A stretch of DNA of 64,000 nt from an uncultured Chloroflexia bacterium (lineage in GTDB: Bacteria > Chloroflexota > Limnocylindria > Limnocylindrales > CSP1-4), in assembly GCA_963757865.1 (NCBI GenBank), contig CAVWSU010000021.1, forward strand, positions 256,522-320,521. The letters are read 5' to 3'. A program made the translations under genes and the position numbers. Numbering within the stretch: the first letter of the stretch is position 1; each line of letters opens with the position of its first letter. Below are positions 60,058-64,000 of the stretch, piece by piece. The notes under the pieces are model-generated. The model was given only the letters and a program-made list of their open reading frames with translations, was not told where the DNA came from and made no database searches.

Positions 60058-60088
60058 AGTCTGCAGCCTCCCCCAGGGTGAGAGTCAA
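60058..60088 (-). promoter_or_regulatory. Candidate MerR-type promoter with a dyad in a 19-nt spacer.
   Basis: The minus strand reads TTGACT (60088-60083), a 19-nt spacer containing the imperfect palindrome 'ctcaccctgggggag' (60068-60082), then CAGACT (60063-60058). Confidence 0.3.
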
Positions 60089-60201
60089 GCCCCTCCCTTG
60101 GAGCCCGACGATGACGGTAGGCTGCCCTCCGACGCACCCGGACGTGGTTCGGGCGAGCGGACGTGACCGCCGGCGGGAACATGGCGGCCACGCAGCAGGT
60201 C

Positions 60202-60232
60202 GTGGTCCCCCACCAACCTGGTGGGGGACCAC
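60202..60232. terminator. Strong hairpin downstream of the DUF4386 gene.
   Basis: 'gtggtcccccacca-acc-tggtgggggaccac' has 14-bp perfect arms and lies 63 nt after the stop at 60295. Confidence 0.55.
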
Positions 60233-60294
60233 GATTCGATCGCTACCTGACCGTGTACGGATGAACGTCACCCAGCGGTCCGCCGTCGGGCTGC

Positions 60295-61032
60295 TCAGGC
60301 CGCCACGGGCGCGTGCTCTTCGAGCGCGGGAATCGTCGGGTTCGCCGCGGGCAGCTCGTCGGAGCGAACGGCCGACGGCCCGAATCCCCTGGTGATCAGC
60401 CAGACGGCCATGACCATCTCCTGCAGGAAGATCGGAAGCGCCAGCGGCACATACGAGGTCACGGCATCGTCGTTGAACAGGGCCAGGACGCCTGCCGTCG
60501 TCATCAGCATGATCGCCGCGATACCCCAGCCCGAGAGCCAGCGCGGGATCAGTCGCGACTGGAAGAACGCGCAGTAGTACAGGAACGCACCCAGGCAGAA
60601 GGCGAACACCCCCGCCAGCGCCGCGTGTTCGCGCAGACTCAGGAGCAGGCCGCCGACAGGCCCCAGCGAGGCACGCTCGGCGGCACCGGCTGAGACGAAC
60701 TGCTGGCCGAGCGTCAGCAGGGACAGCAGGCTCACGACGGCGATCACGTACATGACCGCCTCCATGGTCCGGAAGACGACTGATCCAAGGGCCAGGCCCG
60801 CGTTCGCCTTCCTCACGATCGGATACATCGAGACCGCGATCCCGGCACACGCGAACGCCGCGATCAGCAGGAGCAGCACTCCCGCGGCCACGCTGTTCCC
60901 CTGTGCGGCGACCTGCGTGAGGTAATCCGCACCGGTCAGATCGGGCCTGACGGCCGCACCGAGCAGGTCGGCGACAGTCGCCGTGATGAACAGCACTCCG
61001 GTGGCGACGGCGGGCATTCGGCTCGAGTTCAT
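60295..61032 (-). CDS. DUF4386-like integral membrane protein.
   Basis: ATG 61032 follows 'aggagagagaacg'. It has six or more TM helices, with 'FQSRLIPRWLSGWGI' and 'LQEMVMAVWLITRGF'. Confidence 0.7.
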   Translation of the reverse strand: MNSSRMPAVATGVLFITATVADLLGAAVRPDLTGADYLTQVAAQGNSVAAGVLLLLIAAFACAGIAVSMYPIVRKANAGLALGSVVFRTMEAVMYVIAVVSLLSLLTLGQQFVSAGAAERASLGPVGGLLLSLREHAALAGVFAFCLGAFLYYCAFFQSRLIPRWLSGWGIAAIMLMTTAGVLALFNDDAVTSYVPLALPIFLQEMVMAVWLITRGFGPSAVRSDELPAANPTIPALEEHAPVAA

Positions 61033-61129
61033 CGTTCTCTCTCCTGTCTTCGGGGCATGCCCACGGGGCGTGCTCCTTCGTTCGCCACGAGAGCGCCCTG
61101 CGCGCGACGACACGCGAGCTGGGGGCCCT

Positions 61130-61918
61130 TCACTCGACGGTACCGAGCACGGGGCCACCGACCTGGGTCGTGGAAGCCGCGCTCGCTGCGGCAGGCTGCC
61201 ACCTCGACGGCTTACCGGCAGACTCGGCAGTGAGTCCCGATGGGTTGAAGCCCCTGGCGATCAGCCAGACCGCCAGGACCATCTCCTGGACGGCGAGTGG
61301 GGCCATGAAGAAGCCGACTGAATGCTCGAACATGCTTCCGAGTGGCGCCATGATGTAGAGCGCGGCCCCCACGAGCCCCCAGGCTGACAGCCACCGGGGC
61401 ACGAGCCGCGAGCGGTAGAGCACGACGTAGAACATCAGCGCGCCGAGAACGAACGGGATGGCGAGCAGCTTGTCCCAGGCCACGGTCTCGACGGTGCGCA
61501 GGAAGCCGGCAAGCAGCGCTCCATCCGGCTCCTTGCTGAGCGCGACCAGCAGCAGCCACCCGAGGGCGGTGGCGAGGTACATGACCATTTCCTGCCCGCC
61601 GCGGAACACGACGTACCCCATGGCCAGCGTCTCGTCGTACCGCTTGCCGATCGGCCAGAACACGACCGGGACCATCGCGAGCGAGAAGCCCGCCAGCAGG
61701 ACGAGGAGGGCTCCGATGACCACCTGGTTCGGCTGCGCGGCGACCTGGGCCAGGTAGGCGGGGCCTTCCAGGACCCCGGCCGTGACGACCGCGCTGAGGA
61801 CGAGGCCAACCGTCCCGATGATGTACAGCACGCCGATCCAGACGGCGGCCTTCCGATCCGCGTTCATCCCATTCCTCCCGGTAGTTGCGGCGATCCCTCG
61901 GTTCGTGTTCACCGTCAT
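61130..61918 (-). CDS. DUF4386-like integral membrane protein (tandem paralog).
   Basis: 'YRSRLVPRWLSAWGL' and 'VQEMVLAVWLIARGF' are present. ATG 61918 follows 'aggagag'. An alternative ATG at 61867 (after 'gggagg') aligns better with the paralog's N-terminus. Confidence 0.7.
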   Translation of the reverse strand: MTVNTNRGIAATTGRNGMNADRKAAVWIGVLYIIGTVGLVLSAVVTAGVLEGPAYLAQVAAQPNQVVIGALLVLLAGFSLAMVPVVFWPIGKRYDETLAMGYVVFRGGQEMVMYLATALGWLLLVALSKEPDGALLAGFLRTVETVAWDKLLAIPFVLGALMFYVVLYRSRLVPRWLSAWGLVGAALYIMAPLGSMFEHSVGFFMAPLAVQEMVLAVWLIARGFNPSGLTAESAGKPSRWQPAAASAASTTQVGGPVLGTVE

Positions 61919-61958
61919 CTCTCCTGTCGTCGGGGCGGGCCGAGCAGGCCTCGCCCGC

Positions 61959-62255
61959 CTAGTGGTGATCACCGGTTCGACTCCGGTTCTCGAGCGATAC
62001 CTGAGGCACGGTCGGCCCCGAGTCGATCCGGGTCACGGAGATCAGCGGCATACCGAGATCGCGAACTCGCCGCAGCACTCCGTGCAGCGCCGCCTGGTCG
62101 AGCGGACCCGCCAGCAGCGTGTCGCCGTGGTCCTCGAGCGTGACCCGGAGACCCGTGAACCAGTCCGACCATGCAGATCCGAGGTGGCCCCTGACCCGAA
62201 TCTCGTATGCCGCCGGTCGACCCGTTTCCGGGCTGGGCTCGTTCTCGTCGGACAT
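61959..62255 (-). CDS. Small conserved-looking cytoplasmic protein of unknown function.
   Basis: 98 aa of balanced composition: 'YEIRVRGHLGSAWSDWFTGLRVTLEDHGDTLLAGPLDQAALHGVLRRVRDLGMPLISV'. Its 3' end overlaps the annotated start of the DUF4386 paralog. Confidence 0.55.
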   Translation of the reverse strand: MSDENEPSPETGRPAAYEIRVRGHLGSAWSDWFTGLRVTLEDHGDTLLAGPLDQAALHGVLRRVRDLGMPLISVTRIDSGPTVPQVSLENRSRTGDHH

Positions 62256-62450
62256 TGCGTTCCTGCCTCGATGCCGGTGGCGACTTGGTCTGAGCGACTG
62301 GGGACGGGGCCAGCATCGGGCGGCGGCGTCCGGGTGTCATACCCCGACGGAGGTATTCGAAGGGGTATTCGCAGCGGCCATCGAGGCCCGCTTGACGTGC
62401 AGCGGGACCGTGGAGCGAGCCTGAGCGCGGCCTAACATCAGGTCGTGGCA

Positions 62451-64000
62451 ATGCCAATCCTGGCGACCAAGCTCTACGTCCCGCCGCGCCGATCCAGGAT
62501 CGTCCTCCGCCCCCGCCTCCACGAGCGGCTCGACGAGGGACTCCAGCGCAGGCTGACGCTCGTTTCGGCGCCGGCCGGCTTCGGCAAGAGCACCCTGGTC
62601 GCGGAATGGGTCGCAGAGTGCGGGCTGCCGGTTGCGTGGCTCTCGCTGGACGAGGGCGATGCCGAACCGACCAGGTTTCTCGCGTACCTGGTGGAGGCCC
62701 TTCGAATCGTCCGGCCGGGCGTGGGCGATGGCGTGCTCGCCGCGCTCGGGTCTGCTGCCCAGCCGCAACCGGTCGAGGCGACGCTGACACCGCTCGTCAA
62801 CGAGCTCGCGGCCCTGCCGACGGACGTCGTGCTTGTGCTGGACGACTACCACAGCGTCGACGGGGGGCTGGTCGACGAGGCCGTGGCCTTCCTTCTGGAA
62901 CATCGACCGTCACGGGTGCATGTGACCATCGCCACCCGCGAAGATCCGGCGCTGCCGCTCGCCCGGTGGCGTGCCCGTGCCGAGCTCACCGAGATCCGGG
63001 CTGCGGACCTCAGGTTCACCCTCGACGAGAGCGCCGCATTCCTCAACCAGGTCATGGATCTCGGTCTTTCGACCGGGGATGTCAACGCCCTCGAGACGAC
63101 CACGGAGGGTTGGGTCGCCGGCCTTCAGCTGGCGGCCATTTCCCTGCGGGGACACGAGGATGCCGCGGGATTCATCCGGTCGTTCTCGGGGAGCGACCGC
63201 TTCGTGCTCGACTACCTCGTCGAGGAGGTCCTTGGGCGTCAACCGCCGGCGGTCGGCAATTTCCTGCTCCGCACGTCGATCCTCGATCGGATGTGCGGAC
63301 CCCTGTGCGATGCCGTGACTTTGGACCCTTCCACGCCTGGCCAGCAGACGCTGGAGCATCTTGAGCGCGCGAACCTGTTCACCGTTCCGCTCGACGGCGA
63401 GCGTCACTGGTATCGCTACCACCACCTCTTCCGCGACCTGCTGCGCCAGCGGCTTGGACAGTCCCATCCCGACTCGGTCGTGGACGAGCTCCACGCCCGG
63501 GCGAGCCTGTGGCACGAGGACAACGGCTTCGACCTCGAGGCCTTCCGCCACGCCGCTGCCGGCCACGACATCGGACGTGCCGAGCGCCTGGTCATGGGCC
63601 ATGGCCCGTCGCTGCAGATCAGCGACTCCTTTGTGGCCGCTGGCGCGTGGATCTCGTCGCTGCCCGTGGAGACCCTGGACGCCCGGCCGTCCCTGCGAAT
63701 CGTTTGGGCGCAGGTGCTGCTCGCACGCGGCCTGACTGTGGGTATCGAGGAGGTGCTCGGTGCCGCCGAAGCAACCCTGGACATGCGGGCTGACGACGGT
63801 CCGACTCGCGATCTCCTGGGCCAGATCGCCGCCCTCCGGGCGATCCTGGCGTTCGTTCAGCATCGGGCCGATGACTTCATCGTCGAGTCACAGCGAGCCC
63901 AGACGCTTCTCCGCTCGAACGACTTGACTCGCTCGCTGGTCGCCTGGGCATCGGGCTACGCCCATGAGGTCTCCGCCGAGCGTGCAAAGGCCAGGAAGGC
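62451..64000 (+). CDS. MalT-like ATP-dependent LuxR-family regulator (N-terminal part; continues beyond the window).
   Basis: Own translation from ATG 62451 gives 'MPILATKLYVPPRRSRIVLRPRL', Walker A 'VSAPAGFGKST', 'VLVLDDYH' and 'TEGWVAGLQLAAISL'. It is not in the ORF track because there is no stop in the window. Confidence 0.8.
   Translation, partial: MPILATKLYVPPRRSRIVLRPRLHERLDEGLQRRLTLVSAPAGFGKSTLVAEWVAECGLPVAWLSLDEGDAEPTRFLAYLVEALRIVRPGVGDGVLAALGSAAQPQPVEATLTPLVNELAALPTDVVLVLDDYHSVDGGLVDEAVAFLLEHRPSRVHVTIATREDPALPLARWRARAELTEIRAADLRFTLDESAAFLNQVMDLGLSTGDVNALETTTEGWVAGLQLAAISLRGHEDAAGFIRSFSGSDRFVLDYLVEEVLGRQPPAVGNFLLRTSILDRMCGPLCDAVTLDPSTPGQQTLEHLERANLFTVPLDGERHWYRYHHLFRDLLRQRLGQSHPDSVVDELHARASLWHEDNGFDLEAFRHAAAGHDIGRAERLVMGHGPSLQISDSFVAAGAWISSLPVETLDARPSLRIVWAQVLLARGLTVGIEEVLGAAEATLDMRADDGPTRDLLGQIAALRAILAFVQHRADDFIVESQRAQTLLRSNDLTRSLVAWASGYAHEVSAERAKARK

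Overview
Chromosomal segment of roughly 70% G+C (estimated by eye) with about 56 protein genes and one tRNA-Leu(CAA). I saw no rRNA, CRISPR array, transposase, integrase, phage gene or recognisable defence gene. Gene content and synteny suggest an Actinomycetota-like high-GC Gram-positive (inference): ligA-gatC-gatA-x-gatB, groES-groEL behind a perfect CIRCE, SARP/LAL/MalT-type regulators, DUF4242, DUF4386 and a BMP ABC system. Left to right: polA (partial); ECF sigma and anti-sigma; a membrane-spanning SARP + beta-propeller + SBP5 regulator; a secreted cupin, a small secreted protein and a lipoprotein; tRNA-Leu; DUF4242 plus a COG4315-like secreted protein, a LAL regulator and an Asp-box-like propeller; a LacI-controlled sugar ABC operon with an esterase, a GH13_18 phosphorylase and a GH-J hydrolase; an FMN hydroxy-acid oxidase; a compositionally deviant Mo-oxidoreductase; a nucleoside hydrolase / isochorismatase-like pair surrounded by tandem repeats; an ArsR-DUF302-glutaredoxin-GroES paralog-CxxC membrane protein operon; dnaE with a Gly-rich insertion; a BMP ABC transporter; a CoA-binding protein; gatB-aminotransferase-gatA-gatC-ligA; a ClbS-like protein; pcrA; groEL-groES; then a TIM-barrel hydrolase, a MerR/GyrI regulator, two DUF4386 paralogs, a small conserved protein and a MalT-like regulator (partial). 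The most striking technical feature is that about ten genes appear split by single-base frame changes: seven joins, including ligA and pcrA, are clear, and three (gatB, the cupin, the anti-sigma factor) are less certain. Assembly indel errors are the simplest explanation. I found no convincing new multi-gene system. The best follow-up candidates are the SARP fusion sensor, the ArsR/GroES redox-type operon, the repeat-rich spacers at 28.4-31.0 kb, and the low-complexity insertions in PolA and DnaE.
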